A stretch of 64,000 nt of DNA from positions 57,474,001 through 57,538,000 of the forward strand of contig NC_092349.1 of the NCBI RefSeq assembly GCF_963676685.1. Direction: 5' to 3'. The position numbers and the translations under genes were made by a program. Of this stretch, positions 1 to 12,576 are shown piece by piece; the stretch's first letter is position 1; every line of letters begins with the position of its first letter. The DNA comes from Mytilus edulis. Its lineage: Eukaryota. The notes beneath the pieces were generated by a model. That model made no database searches. It was given only the letters and a program-made list of their open reading frames with translations, and was not told the DNA's origin.

Positions 1-657
1 ACTATATGATTTGAGATATCCTAATACAACAGGTTAGTAAATAAGTAAGCCATACCCAGTTGTAGTTGTCCTTTCGGTTTAGTGTTCATCTGTCAGAAGT
101 ATTTAAGCTTATAGTGGAAATAGGTATCCATATTAAGTAAGTATAAACTTAAGATCACGAAGACCAGGATTACTTTGATTAGCAACCAGAAGTTGTAAGA
201 ACCAGGTATTTATTGGTTTGGTTTGGTTAGTGTTGTCATTGTGATTGGTGTTTGAGACTGAGTTTGTATATTTGTAGATCTTTGTAGTTCTAGTTCTTGC
301 TACTAGGTATATCTTTTGGGTGTACACATATTGACTTATTGTGATCACACACAGGTATGATAGTGAATGTGTGATTGAAGACACAGATGAATTACTAAGC
401 AGGGGTGAGTAATTAGTTTTATTACTTTGTCATATTAGATTAGTGTTATTTTGTATATGCATACATAGTTAATCAGGCAATTCTTATTTCAGGTTACTGT
501 CATTGCTTTTCACCACTCTAATTCTTATTTTTCGTTAATTGTAGGTACTTAATAACATATTTTGGTATTTATTTTAGCATTAGTTCTCATGACTTTTGAG
601 TACATTACTTTCAGATTATTTTTTCTTACACTGATTTTTTATCAGTTGTCTATTATC

Positions 658-2658
658 ATGGATACATCAGTTGATTTAACAGAAGAGGAAGTTCGGAACA
701 TCATTGCTGCCTTCAAAGACATGCATATGAAGCCAAATGCAGAATCTCCAGATGCATTTAAAGATTGGATGAAGGAGTTCTCAACACAGAAATCATTATA
801 TACTGGATATATACCAAGGATTCCTACCTTCTCCGAGGACAATAAAGGAGACAACACCTATGAAGTATGGAGGTACCAAGTGTTATGTCTTATCATAGAA
901 AACTACGCACACGAAGTTATTGCTCAGGCCATTAGACGTTCACTAAGAGGAGAACCTAGCAAGATAGTCATGCGATTAGGCCCTAAAGCTACTGTCGACG
1001 ACATCATTGACAAGATGGATAGCATTTATGGAATTGTAGATCCAAAGGAAGCGTTATTGGCACAGTTTTATACAGCCAGACAGGAACAAGATGAAGATGT
1101 TTCCACCTGGGGATGTCGTTTAGAAGACATTTACAACAAAGCACGCCGACAAGGAAAGATTTATGAGGAAGATGTAGATATGTTACGATCAATGTTTTGG
1201 AAAGGATTAAAACCGGAACTCAAGAGAATATCAGGATACAAGTTTGATACGATCAAGGATTACAACCATCTTTTATTGGCGATGCGAGAATTGGAACATC
1301 AACAGAAGGAATATACTAAAGAGAACACACCTCCAGTTGAAAAGAAACCAACACCAGCTAAGAGAGCAAATGTACCAAGGAAAAAGGATAAGAACGAACT
1401 GGAGACCGTAGTCAAGCAATTGATGTCACAGATTGAACTTTTAGAAAAACGACAAGAACAATTGATCAACAACAGTAAGCATAACAGGACAGATCTGATA
1501 CACCAAACACCTGATGAAACTATAGCATATAGACCATTGGATATGAATAAGAGAAAAGATAAACATCAGAAAACATGTTGGAGATGCGGACAACTTGGCC
1601 ATATTGCTATTGGATGTAAAGTAAGACTGGATAACTCTAGGAAATTTGATAGAGCCATGAATTACCAACAAGTCACGAATGATTATCAACCAACACCAAC
1701 TACATACAACAAAGAAGATAGATTATGCGGACCGGCAAATGAAGTTTCCATCAGAATAAATGGAATAGATACAAAAGCATTGCTGGATACAGGATCATCG
1801 GTTTCAACAATCAGTGAGTCATTTTACAACAGACACATGAGATCTACACCGATTGAATCACTTACCCGTATATTGAAGATAGAATGTGCAGACGGATTAT
1901 CAATGCCTTATCTTGGTTACATCGAAGCAGACCTTCAACTACATGGAATATCTTCTATAAGATCATCTTATCCAGGCATATTTCTAGTAATACCGGACAG
2001 TGAATACAACACAACTGTACCATTATTGATAGGAACAAACATCATGTCAGTTGTAATGCAGGAGGTAGAACAGAACACTGGACCAAGGTATTTACAAGAA
2101 GCTAATCTACACACTCCATGGTATTTGGCATTCCGATGCATGAATCTGAGAAACAAGGAATTGGAAAGATGTCATAACCGATTAGCAGTTGTGAAATCCG
2201 CCGAAACACACTCGATTACAATACCAGCTAACTCTCAAGTTGTAATCAATGGATATTTAGACAAACAGCTTCAACAACAACAAATGTGTGCTATACTACA
2301 ACCAACTTGTAATTCAGCTTTACCAGAAGATTTAGATATCATGCCAACAGTAATTACTTACGATTGTCAAAAACGAGGAAGTATACCGATACACATATCA
2401 AACGTCACAACAAGAACCGTTACACTACAACCACGAGCTCTCATTTGCGAAATTCAACCAGTTGACATTGAAGATATTGTTACACCGGAGGAAAAAGAAT
2501 TTAAAGATATTATGAAGGACATAAAATTACCGATGGATGATTTAACTGATGATGACTATGAAAGAGGAAAGGAGCTCATACACAGTTTCCAAGATATTTT
2601 TCTAAAGGAGATGATGATATTGGACACACTTCAGCAGTACGTCACCGTATTGACTTGA
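658..2658 (+). CDS. gag: Gag (PNMA-like capsid, CCHC zinc knuckle) fused to aspartic protease
   Basis: First ATG in the ORF body is at 658 (MDTSVDL). Motifs: CWRCGQLGHIAIGC knuckle and LLDTGS protease site. The residues after about 2600 are out of frame with respect to pol. Confidence 0.88.
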   Translation: MDTSVDLTEEEVRNIIAAFKDMHMKPNAESPDAFKDWMKEFSTQKSLYTGYIPRIPTFSEDNKGDNTYEVWRYQVLCLIIENYAHEVIAQAIRRSLRGEPSKIVMRLGPKATVDDIIDKMDSIYGIVDPKEALLAQFYTARQEQDEDVSTWGCRLEDIYNKARRQGKIYEEDVDMLRSMFWKGLKPELKRISGYKFDTIKDYNHLLLAMRELEHQQKEYTKENTPPVEKKPTPAKRANVPRKKDKNELETVVKQLMSQIELLEKRQEQLINNSKHNRTDLIHQTPDETIAYRPLDMNKRKDKHQKTCWRCGQLGHIAIGCKVRLDNSRKFDRAMNYQQVTNDYQPTPTTYNKEDRLCGPANEVSIRINGIDTKALLDTGSSVSTISESFYNRHMRSTPIESLTRILKIECADGLSMPYLGYIEADLQLHGISSIRSSYPGIFLVIPDSEYNTTVPLLIGTNIMSVVMQEVEQNTGPRYLQEANLHTPWYLAFRCMNLRNKELERCHNRLAVVKSAETHSITIPANSQVVINGYLDKQLQQQQMCAILQPTCNSALPEDLDIMPTVITYDCQKRGSIPIHISNVTTRTVTLQPRALICEIQPVDIEDIVTPEEKEFKDIMKDIKLPMDDLTDDDYERGKELIHSFQDIFLKEMMILDTLQQYVTVLT

Positions 2659-5600
2659 TAGACAATGTTCCCTTCAAGCAGCGTCACAGACGAATACCAC
2701 CATCTATGCTAGAAGAAGTACGTAACCATTTGCAACAACTACTATCAGCAGGAGTGATAAGAAGATCCCATTCACCCTGGTCATCGAATGTGGTATTAGT
2801 ACGTAAGAAGGACGGAAAGCTTAGAATGTGTGTAGACTACCGTCAGCTCAACCTAAAGACCATTAAAGATTCATATGCGCTTCCCCGCATTGAAGAGATT
2901 CTGGATTCCTTAGGAGGCAACACATATTTTACAGTGCTAGATATGAAGAGCGGGTACCATCAAGTTGAGATCGAGGAGGAACATAAACAACGCACCGCCT
3001 TCACCGTTGGACCGTTAGGATTTTTCGAATTTAACAGACTTCCATTTGGACTCTCAAACGCACCAGCTACGTACCAAAGACTCATGGAAGAATGCTTAGG
3101 TGATTTACACACACGTATATGTTACATCTACCTAGACGATCTTATTATTTTCTCGAAGTCCATAGATGAACACCTTGAACGCCTAGAAAGAATTTTCCAG
3201 CGACTCCGTGATGTAGGACTCAAGCTATCCCCTAAGAAATGTTCATTCTTACAGAGGAGAGTTAAGTATATCGGACACATTGTTTCTGCTGATGGTGTAG
3301 AGCCAGATCCTGAGAAAGTAGAAAAAGTAGCCAACTGGCCAAGACCAAGGACTCCAGAAGAAGTACGCCAGTTCCTGGGATTTGTTGGCTATTACAGGAA
3401 ATTTATCAGGGATTTTTCGAAGATAGCACGACCATTAACAGACTTGATGCCAACAACTTGTAAGAAGAAGACCCGAGGAAAGAAGAAACCTACAGAACCA
3501 ACATCTTGGCATTGGAACAAAGAACAGAATGAAGCTTTCGAGACATTGAAGTCGCACTTGTCATCACCGCCGATTCTTGGTTTTCCTGACTACAAGAAGC
3601 CTTTCGAAGTGCACACAGATGCATGTCAGACAGGACTTGGAGCCGTTTTATACCAGCAACAGGGAGAACACAAGAGAGTTATAGCCTATGCCAGCCGAGG
3701 TCTCTCAAAGACAGAACGGAATTACCCAGTCCATAAACAGGAATTCCTAGCACTAAAGTGGGCAGTTACAGAGAAGTTTGGAGATTATCTGCAGGGAAAC
3801 AAGTTCACCGTCTACACAGATAATAATCCATTGACATACGTATTGACGTCTGCGAAGCTTGATGCGACAGGTCACAGATGGATTGCTGCTTTAGCTGCCT
3901 TTGATTTTAACATCATATACAGACCAGGCCGTAACAACGCCGACGCTGATGGATTATCAAGATTACCGGCTATTATCAGTCAACAAGATTGCATACAAGA
4001 TGTCCAAGAGCGTATTAAAGATTCAACAAACATATCAACGGAAAGTGTGAAAGCTATTTGTAGTTCGATACAACGACAACCATATGTAGAATGCCTTGCA
4101 GTAACTACAAATGATCTTGCTAGTAAAGTGGATACAGCATCAACCAAAAAGATCGACATCAGAGAAGAGCAACTACGTGATCCAGTGATAAGAACTTGGA
4201 TAAATTATCTATCGCATGGACAGAAACCACGAAAGGAAGATATACCGTCTTCACCTGCGCATAACCAGCTATTCGCCAACTTTGACAAACTGGTTATACA
4301 GAATGGAATCCTTTACCGTAGAACAACTGTTAATGGAGACACAAAAGATCAGCTTGTCTTGCCAAACTCACAGATACCATCTATACTCCGTTCACTTCAC
4401 AACGACATGGGTCATCAAGGTCGTGATAGAACAACATCTTTAGTGAAGGACAGATTTTATTGGCATGGAATGACAAAGGATATAGATGAATATATTCAGA
4501 AATGCCCAAGATGTTTAAAAAGAAAACAGCTACCCAACCAAAGAGCTCCATTGACGAACATCCGAACAACACAACCAATGGAAATAGTTTGTATGGATTT
4601 CCTTACACTAGAACTTTCGAAAGGTGGTTTCCAGCACATCTTGGTAATAACCGACCATTTTACAAGATATGCCCAGGCGATACCGACTAGGAACATGAGT
4701 GCAAGAACAACAGCAGAAGCGTTCTTTAATAACTACGTGGTACACTATGGTCTTCCAGAACGCATACACTCGGACCAAGGAGGAAACTTTGAAAGTCGTT
4801 TGATGAAAGAACTTTGTAGTATAACTGGTGTCAAGAAGTCAAGAACAACACCATACCATCCCATGGGTAATGGCCAATGCGAACGTTTCAATCGCACACT
4901 ATTGAGTATGCTTGGCACATTACAGAATCACCAGAAAGCCGATTGGAAATCATACCTTGGTCCAATTGTTCACGCATATAATAGCACAAAACAGGAAACG
5001 ACAGGATTTTCACCATTTGCTCTGATGTTTGGCAGAGAACCACGCCTGCCTATAGATCTTGCACTAGGAATAGAAACAACGAAAGAACAGAAGACAAATA
5101 CGAAGTATATTGAGAATTTAAAAGAAAGACTGAAAAAATCTTATGAGTTAGCTACGAATTCAGCAAAGATAGCTCAAGGACGTCAGAAGAAACATTATGA
5201 CAACAAAGTGCGTGGAGCCATATTACATCCAGGCGATCGAGTACTTGTAAAGATTCTGAGTTTCGATGGAAAGCACAAGCTATCTGATAAATGGGAGAAT
5301 GACAGCTACGTCATATTAGATCAGCCTAACTCCACTATCCCAGTCTTTACAGTGAGGAAGGAAAGCGGACATGGAAGAAAGAGAACCTTACATAGGAACC
5401 TTCTGTTGCCTATTGGTTCAGTTTCCATCGATGAAGATGAAGAAAAGGAGAAGCCTAGACCTACTCCTGCACCACGATTAAGACCCAGGAAGAATAGAGT
5501 AGATCCACAACCAACGCCAAGTCTTCATGATAGCACTCTGACAAGTTCTGATGAAGAAAGTGATGATTATTTGGTTTATGTGGTTACAGAACCTGACGTT

Positions 5601-6116
5601 GAAGACTTAAGTGCTCCACACAGTGCTATTGATGAGTTAGAAACTCAGGATGATGATGATACCGTTCAGGACGAGGATGATGACGATCAGGAACACGTTG
5701 CTGAACAGCAAGATACTGGAATTGAGGGTGACGACCTTCCATCTGAAGAGAATGATACAGTTTATCCAGTACTTGAACCTGATGAAGTGTCAGAGACCGA
5801 TCAACAAGAAGCTGACATTTCATTATCTGATGATACAGAGGAACCTGGGCAAGACGCCACTGTTGATGAAACAGTAGATAATGTCCCTCAGCCGGACATT
5901 GAAGCACCATGGATAGAACCGAGAAGATCTGTACGTGCCAGAACATCGACAGCTACCACGAAGTATAAGGATTTTATAGTATCCAAGAAGAGTCAGCCAC
6001 AACCTGACTGGAAGAGTAGAGCTGATTATCTGAAGGATATTGCTTCTAGCGGTACTTTCAAAGGCATGGAGGACCAGATTCTAGCAGGCCTTTTGAAGAT
6101 TGCCACTGAGAAGTGA
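2601..6116 (+). CDS. pol: Pol: RT, RNase H, integrase, acidic C-terminal tail
   Basis: Motifs: LDMKSGYHQ, LPFGL, YLDD, TDAC, HHCC (HNDMGH...CPRC) and the integrase core (MDF, SDQG, ERFNRTL). The frame extends upstream of the called ORF as SKGDDDIGHTSAVRHRIDL. Confidence 0.93.
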   Translation, partial: SKGDDDIGHTSAVRHRIDLIDNVPFKQRHRRIPPSMLEEVRNHLQQLLSAGVIRRSHSPWSSNVVLVRKKDGKLRMCVDYRQLNLKTIKDSYALPRIEEILDSLGGNTYFTVLDMKSGYHQVEIEEEHKQRTAFTVGPLGFFEFNRLPFGLSNAPATYQRLMEECLGDLHTRICYIYLDDLIIFSKSIDEHLERLERIFQRLRDVGLKLSPKKCSFLQRRVKYIGHIVSADGVEPDPEKVEKVANWPRPRTPEEVRQFLGFVGYYRKFIRDFSKIARPLTDLMPTTCKKKTRGKKKPTEPTSWHWNKEQNEAFETLKSHLSSPPILGFPDYKKPFEVHTDACQTGLGAVLYQQQGEHKRVIAYASRGLSKTERNYPVHKQEFLALKWAVTEKFGDYLQGNKFTVYTDNNPLTYVLTSAKLDATGHRWIAALAAFDFNIIYRPGRNNADADGLSRLPAIISQQDCIQDVQERIKDSTNISTESVKAICSSIQRQPYVECLAVTTNDLASKVDTASTKKIDIREEQLRDPVIRTWINYLSHGQKPRKEDIPSSPAHNQLFANFDKLVIQNGILYRRTTVNGDTKDQLVLPNSQIPSILRSLHNDMGHQGRDRTTSLVKDRFYWHGMTKDIDEYIQKCPRCLKRKQLPNQRAPLTNIRTTQPMEIVCMDFLTLELSKGGFQHILVITDHFTRYAQAIPTRNMSARTTAEAFFNNYVVHYGLPERIHSDQGGNFESRLMKELCSITGVKKSRTTPYHPMGNGQCERFNRTLLSMLGTLQNHQKADWKSYLGPIVHAYNSTKQETTGFSPFALMFGREPRLPIDLALGIETTKEQKTNTKYIENLKERLKKSYELATNSAKIAQGRQKKHYDNKVRGAILHPGDRVLVKILSFDGKHKLSDKWENDSYVILDQPNSTIPVFTVRKESGHGRKRTLHRNLLLPIGSVSIDEDEEKEKPRPTPAPRLRPRKNRVDPQPTPSLHDSTLTSSDEESDDYLVYVVTEPDVEDLSAPHSAIDELETQDDDDTVQDEDDDDQEHVAEQQDTGIEGDDLPSEENDTVYPVLEPDEVSETDQQEADISLSDDTEEPGQDATVDETVDNVPQPDIEAPWIEPRRSVRARTSTATTKYKDFIVSKKSQPQPDWKSRADYLKDIASSGTFKGMEDQILAGLLKIATEK

Positions 6117-6203
6117 TTGATTACGAGGACGTCATATTTTTTTCTCAGGAGGAGGAGAGATATTTGTGATGTCATGGAAGACATTCTCCAACAGAGGGGA
6201 GGA

Positions 6204-7713
6204 TGTGGTAGTGTGGATTTTTATCATATTAATCATTTATATATTTTATATGTTTTATAGGTTAGTCCGAGACACCATTAATTATATTCTTTCATTTGCA
6301 GAGTAGTTTACTTAAGTTTACCTTTATTCTATTGATTGCCTATTGATTATTCATTGATCCATAAAATCTAACTGTTTACCTTGTAGCATTTACCTATTAT
6401 TGATTTTACTATCAGTACTCACTGTTCACTAGAGTGTATAGGTTTTCTTGTATTCTGATTGGTTTATTAAGCCTTGCCCCCAGTTTTGGTGGTAGTTTTG
6501 AAAACAGTAATGGAGGATTGATGTCTTTGTTGTGATCCTGATATATTTGTATGTTTTGATGCACTTTGTGTTTGATTAGTAATTCCATAAGTTCTATGGA
6601 TTAGTATAGTGATGGAATTCATTCTGGAACAGGACATCATGACTTTATATGGTAAGTTACATTTTGTACTCTTTGAGGTGTCTTGGATGAACTGGATCCT
6701 TAACTTTGAAATGAATGTTAATTACATTCATTTTGGTAAGATTCCCAGCCTTATGAAAGAGTGTGTTTTGAGTGTTGTTTGAATCTGATTTATTTGAGAG
6801 ATTTTAGTATAAATGTTAGAAAGAGAGATTTAATCTATTTTTATGAATGACCTTGACCTTTTGTCATGTAGTCATGAAATGACATTGGTATATCCAATGT
6901 GATGTAATTAACAGTACAATTGTACTTGTACTTAATGTTTTTAGTATTGAAATAAGATTACTTATTTATAATTGTGAATTTGAGATGAAAGATAAAGATT
7001 AGTATAGTTTATTATGAATTGTATAATGCCTTTAAGATATTAAAGTCAGATTACTTATTATTGTCATACATTGTTTACAGAACCATATTTGATGTGAACC
7101 TCTGTTACCATTACTGTAGAAGTATGAAGATCGTTACTGTTAGTAGTAGTTAGACTGTCGATGTTAGTTATTAAACTCAGTTCCACAGACTGGTGAGTTT
7201 ATGTACACTTGAAATAGCATAATATATAGTGTTCATGTAAGACAGTGAAGAACATTTGATATAATACAGAGTTATCTACCGTTGATATATATGCTATGGT
7301 TATTTGTAGAATATGGATTTACATATATCTATTTGGTTAATTGAAATAGTGTTATATGATCTTGACATTATAGTTGTATGTTTAATTGTCAAAGCTGATG
7401 ATTTTATATGAACGATGAGTGAATATTTGCAAGTGTTAATTATCATCAGGCATGTCATGTCACCTTGTGTATAGATATTGTATAAGAACTATAAACATTC
7501 AATGTTCTGATATTATGTTGATCTGCAGTAATGTTAAAATAACTGTAACACAGTATGATATAGTATTTTTAGATTAATGTGTTTAATATGTATCTTGTTA
7601 TATTTTGTAGGGTTTATAATAATTATATGATTACATCATTGTTGAATAAAGAACCCTAGACTAAGATGAAATGGACTTGTTATTATTTGACCGTCCAGAA
7701 ATCACCTTTTACA
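6204..7713 (+). repeat. Putative 3' LTR (~1.5 kb)
   Basis: Starts with TG immediately after the PPT, has a poly(A) signal at 7645 and ends ...cttttaca. No second LTR is in the window, so the right end is inferred. Confidence 0.55.
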
Positions 7714-8399
7714 TTTGTTTCTACTTGTGTAACGTTTAACAAACTATAACAAACGGCACTAAGTTTACCAAACTTTGGTTAGAAAGAAATGCACTCTTGA
7801 TCTTTTGATAGATATATTTTGTTGTAAACAGTTTCAGAAAAGGTATTACTCCAGGGGATTGAAATTCTACTTTGGGTCAAATTAGGGGAAATATGTGACA
7901 TCTTCGCCCTCTTTTTGCAATATTATTTAGCAAATACATGCAAGTTTTTGCCATACAGCAAAAGGAAAATAAATATTTTTAACCATTCAACTACTGGATA
8001 TGAAATTTATGAAAAATACTGATTTCATACTTATGCAAATATATGGCAATAACGGTACGCTTTATTTGTAAGAAAGCACGGAAAAGGGGATGGTATAGTT
8101 TATGTATATTGCAATCTTACATAAGTACTAATCTTATTTTGTGGTTTAATTTCCAAAAAAGGGCAACAAAACTACCATTACATAGCAGTGTCCACTTTGA
8201 GGAAGATTTTATAAGAATTTGGTTCCTCTTTGTTGAGTTAGTGCCCGTTGCTGTCTACACCTTCTTGTTCGTCTTTTATGCACACTTCAAGCTCCGTCAC
8301 AGCTATTAACCTGTCTCTCTGTGCTTTTACCACCTTGCCCACAAATCTAATTGCTTTAATTCTATGTAGATATTTTAAATGTATGATTTTCCTCGAACC

Positions 8400-8665
8400 T
8401 TCTACTGAATAAAACAAAAAATGATAATGCCCCAGCTATCATATATAACATTTTAAAGGGTCGTTACTCAAGAACGACCAGCCAAATTTGCACTTGAACT
8501 GTGTTTTATGGTAATAAGCATTGTATATACGGCGTTTCATAAAATTTGGTTGATGCAAAATAAAATTAGAGAACGGAAACTAATATTGTTGGGACGTACG
8601 TACGGACAGACGGACGGACAAGGGTAACACTTAATGCCCACTCTGAAGCGACGAGGAATAAAAAA
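8400..8665. mobile_element. Fragment of a HINE/MITE-like repeat with an (ACGG)n microsatellite
   Basis: ggacgtacgtacggacagacggacggac tract, similar in style to the termini at 15781-15868. Confidence 0.45.
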
Positions 8666-9309
8666 TTCGGACGTTTTTATACTAACATTGTGCATACCCG
8701 ACCAATTCCCGATTATCCCTATGACCCATAAACGATCAGGTCCATCTGGTCTGGTCGAGATCGGGCTGAGATCGTGAATAGTTGATTTGGTCTAGTTGGT
8801 CGAGTTAAGATCGTGTAAAGATCGTGAATTGATCGGAATGATCGAATAAGTATTCATTTTGTTGTTGGGAAGAGGTCGGGATGGAGTCATTAAGGAGTCG
8901 TGAATGGTCGAGTTAAGGTCGTGTACAGTCGGTTGGCGGTCGAGTAGAAGTCGTAAACAGGCCCGATCAAGAGTTTGGTTGAGCTTGGCCGTGGAAATTT
9001 GGACAATCGGTATCATCGGATTGATCTGATCGGCAGTGTCAACCTAGCTTTAACGGTGTCTAGTGCAGAAATATCGTAACACACTGATTGGGGTGGTGGA
9101 ATCTTTATTTCTCGTTATTATGTTTCTCGTGGCTTTTTGTGGTAGTCATAAACTCTTTTGGGATTTATTGCTGTTTTAACCAAATACTAATAAAGAGCAT
9201 TCCGTCAGGTATCATTGTTAAATTTAAACTGAAAATCATGGGATAAATTTCAGTTAAACATACTTAATTCCATAAAAGTATAAATAATACAGTTCGCGGG
9301 GCTTTGTTT

Positions 9310-9545
9310 ACCAAGTGATCTAAGTAGTTACTACTGCAATCACTAACCAGTCAACACTGATATTGTGAGTTCGAACCCCGATCGTGCAGGTCCACTGGAC
9401 TCCAATCGTAACTGACTAGGATTGTCAGTTTTCGATCGAAGTTCAGTGGTTTTCTCCGCCAAATCCGGCTTCCACCATAATTAAATTTGGCCGCAAAAAA
9501 TAGCCCCTAAAGTGGTGCTTTAAAATGGCGTAAAACTCCTCAACG
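9310..9545 (+). mobile_element. Degenerate tRNA-headed SINE
   Basis: B-box-like gagttcgaaccc (~9367), a central gtggttttctccg segment and an A-rich tail. Related decayed pieces occur near 42.8 kb and 58.0 kb. Confidence 0.5.
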
Positions 9546-10980
9546 AAAAAAATAAAATAATAATACAGTTCGATATTTTTTTTACCTATACATGTAACTA
9601 CGTTATAACTATAAAAATCATATACGGTCTTTATAAAGGTAGATATGTTACACGATCTGTATCGTTAAATTTACAGAAAAGCATCGATTGTTTTACCGTT
9701 ATTGATTATTTTAATAATATTATCTGTTATGATCTATTGAACGAAAAACAGCTGGTTTACTGTTTTTGATTCATTTTGTTACTTTATACCTTTGGATTTA
9801 TTTCCACACAAGTTGTTTTTAAATGTTGGAAATTAATAGAAAATGGTAAGTTATAATAAATAACGTTTCTTTTCTAAAAAGCTCTTGTCTTGAAACTTTG
9901 GTACAAATTAAACTTGACCCGGATTTAACTATGGTATCCTTGACTTATCGTACTCATTCATGTATTTATATAATTTTACAACAAAAACATATAAATAAAC
10001 ATATGCATGTAATTAAAAGTGTACACAAACTGTCGATGCCTTTAATGACTGACGATAGTTGTTTTTTTACATCGTCGAAGACCGTACTTTGCGCTTTAAC
10101 TGCTTAAATCTACATCATTTGACCCTGTTGGATTGTTGTCTCAATCAACATCGTCTTATTACCAATTAAAATCCTTAACACCATCTACATGTTCTATTGT
10201 TCATTATTTTTATGATATTTGGTTCATCAAGTGATCGAGATTAAAAGGGAGAAGTTTGAGAACGAAAGCAAGTTAATCCCTAAAACAATGTAAAATAGAT
10301 GTGCGTTTTCTAAACCAAGTCAGCAACACCATTAATTTAGTGATTATCCGTTGAAGGGCTCTGTTTTTCCATAAATATTGCATTGAGTTGATCTCTGTTA
10401 CAAATGTATCTTATTCACAACTTCGAAAAACTCTTCAATATCGGATCACATATCGTACGCATTTGCGGTTATTTATCGTTTACGTTTGTCTTTGTTGTTT
10501 TCTGTATGTCATGATCATTTAATGAACCATTGTATTCTGTCCTCCCTCTTTCAGTTGTTGATTGAGTATGGCATTCAAGTTTTAATACGTGTTATAGGAA
10601 TTGAAGTGGTAGTCTCCAGAAAGAATAATTTGCCCTTTGAAAGAAATTACACGTTTAATCAATTAAAATCAGTGGCATATACAATGCTGCAAACTCTCGT
10701 CGTGATGACTGTTGCTGTGATACTAAAGGTGAATGGCTTCTGAGTCCATCGCGGTATTTTAGATCATCTATCGTTAATACGGTAACACATGTCTTCGATT
10801 AGGCGTTTCGTTGAATGAATTTATTGATTGTTATTATTGCTGTCAATCATGATAAGGAATATGTTTGATATGTGACTTAAATCTGTATGCTGGACTAAGC
10901 ATGACATTTTATTTGATTCGTTGACTGTTGGAGTTTGGTTTTGTCGGGTTTTTTTAATGGATTTTACCTTTTGGAATATA

Positions 10981-12576
10981 TACACCCGGGAAAAAGTATT
11001 GCAACACCAAATATAAAATGAGATTAAAAGCTGATATTTCATTTTTTTTTATTTTCATTTTTATTCATCTGATAGAGTACACCTTTCCTACTTATTGACC
11101 TTAAATCAATTGTTTTCTCCCATGCATTTCCCCATGAACTGTCCGTGCCTGGCCGCCACTTTAAACTTAAAACTTTTAAAAGTTAAGTTTTAGGTACGGG
11201 TCAAAATATATGCTGAATGTTAGCTTGTTTTTGAAAAACTTATCAACAGTTGATGAAATGTGTCCTCCTCAACTTTCTAGTGATGTTAGATGGCAAATAA
11301 ATTGCATGCGAGAAGCTGGAATTTCGTTAAGGCAGATTGACCGACGCGTGGGCCACCACCATTCACCCATCAGCAGAATTGTAAGTAAACATCAAAATAC
11401 CAATTCTGGAAGACCTTCAGTATATTCCGATCGTGAAAACAGAGCTCTAAACCGACTTATTCGAAGAACCCCCTTCATTAACAGTACAGTATTGAAAAGA
11501 GAGTGGTTTCCACATCGTGCAGTCTCCTCAAGAATTTTGAGAAATCGACTCAAAAGGGCAGGATACTGTTCCCGAAGGCCCGTGAAAAGGCCATTGTTAA
11601 CGCCTAGACACAAAGCTGAACGATAACGGTGGTGTCGAGCTCGTCGTCGCTGGAATGTGGTATCTTGGAGAAGAGTGCATTGGTCCGACGAAAGCAGATT
11701 TTTGTTGCATGTCACGGATGGCCGAGTTCGTGTTTGGCGGCAGCCAAATACCGCATATGCCGAAAGAAACATTGTTTAGAGAGTCGCTTTCGGTGGTGGT
11801 TCCGTTATGGTGTCGGAATGTGTGTCGTATGACTGCAAGTTGGACATAAAAACTGTTCGTGTAACCTTAATGGGCAAAGATACCAGCAGAAAATCCTTGA
11901 GGCAAGTTTAGTGCCGCATTTTGACAATCACCCGTTGAGGACAAGACCCATTTTCATGGACGATAATGCACGAACGCGTGCTGTAACAGCGTATCTTCAC
12001 TACGAGTCAGTGGAGACATTGCCCCGACCAGCATGTTGCCCTGATTTAAACCCGATATAGCACATTTGGGACATGATTGGTCGAAAAGTGCAAAAAATTA
12101 CACCTCCTGTGCAAAATCTTGCAGAATTGGACAATGCACTGCAACATGAATGGCAACAGATAACACAACAACAAATACGACGGTTATGTGGTGGTATGAG
12201 AAGGCAACTGAAAACAGTGATCCATGTGAACAGAAGTTATACAAAATATTGATATTTCCGGTTTAAATTGACAAAATTGACCAAAATGGGTGTGTTCGAC
12301 ATCATCTGGAAGTTGTTCGATGGAACTGGAATGCGTAGACCAATAGTTGTAAACAGTTAATTTGTGCTAAAAAAGTTATGTCTTTTTAATAATAATACTT
12401 TGTATAATTAAATTTGATTTTTTCAGTGTTTAACATGTCTATCAGTTTAAAAAGACCCAATTCACCCCCAAAACTATTAACATTTTACCATATTTTAGAA
12501 AAAAAAGGTACACGTAAGGTTTGAAATTTATCTTATCGAAAAAAATCAGGTGTTGCAAAACTTTTTTCCAGGTGTA
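10981..12576 (+). mobile_element. Tc1/mariner DNA transposon, complete termini
   Basis: TIRs tacacccgggaaaaagtattgcaacacc and ggtgttgcaaaacttttttccaggtgta, both flanked by TA. Confidence 0.92.
11258..12252 (+). pseudogene. Tc1 (DD34E-type) transposase pseudogene
   Basis: HTH region, then WSDES, MDDNAR and PDLNPI*HIWD. The catalytic Glu codon is TAG (12058-12060). There is a further stop at about 11624 and frameshifts. Confidence 0.9.

Larger units (their letters stand above)
1..7713 (+). mobile_element. Ty3/Gypsy LTR retrotransposon, 5' LTR outside the window
   Basis: Domain order is gag-protease-RT-RNaseH-integrase. A polypurine tract agaggggagga (6193-6203) is followed directly by TG. The putative 3' LTR has AATAAA at 7645 and ends in CA at about 7713. 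Confidence 0.93.

Noticed and set aside
562-657. Hydrophobic N-terminal extension of Gag
   Set aside because: TTG start in a T-rich leader; the Gag-like sequence begins at ATG 658.
5460-6116. env or chromodomain at the end of pol
   Set aside because: Acidic low-complexity tail with no transmembrane segment or aromatic-cage motif.
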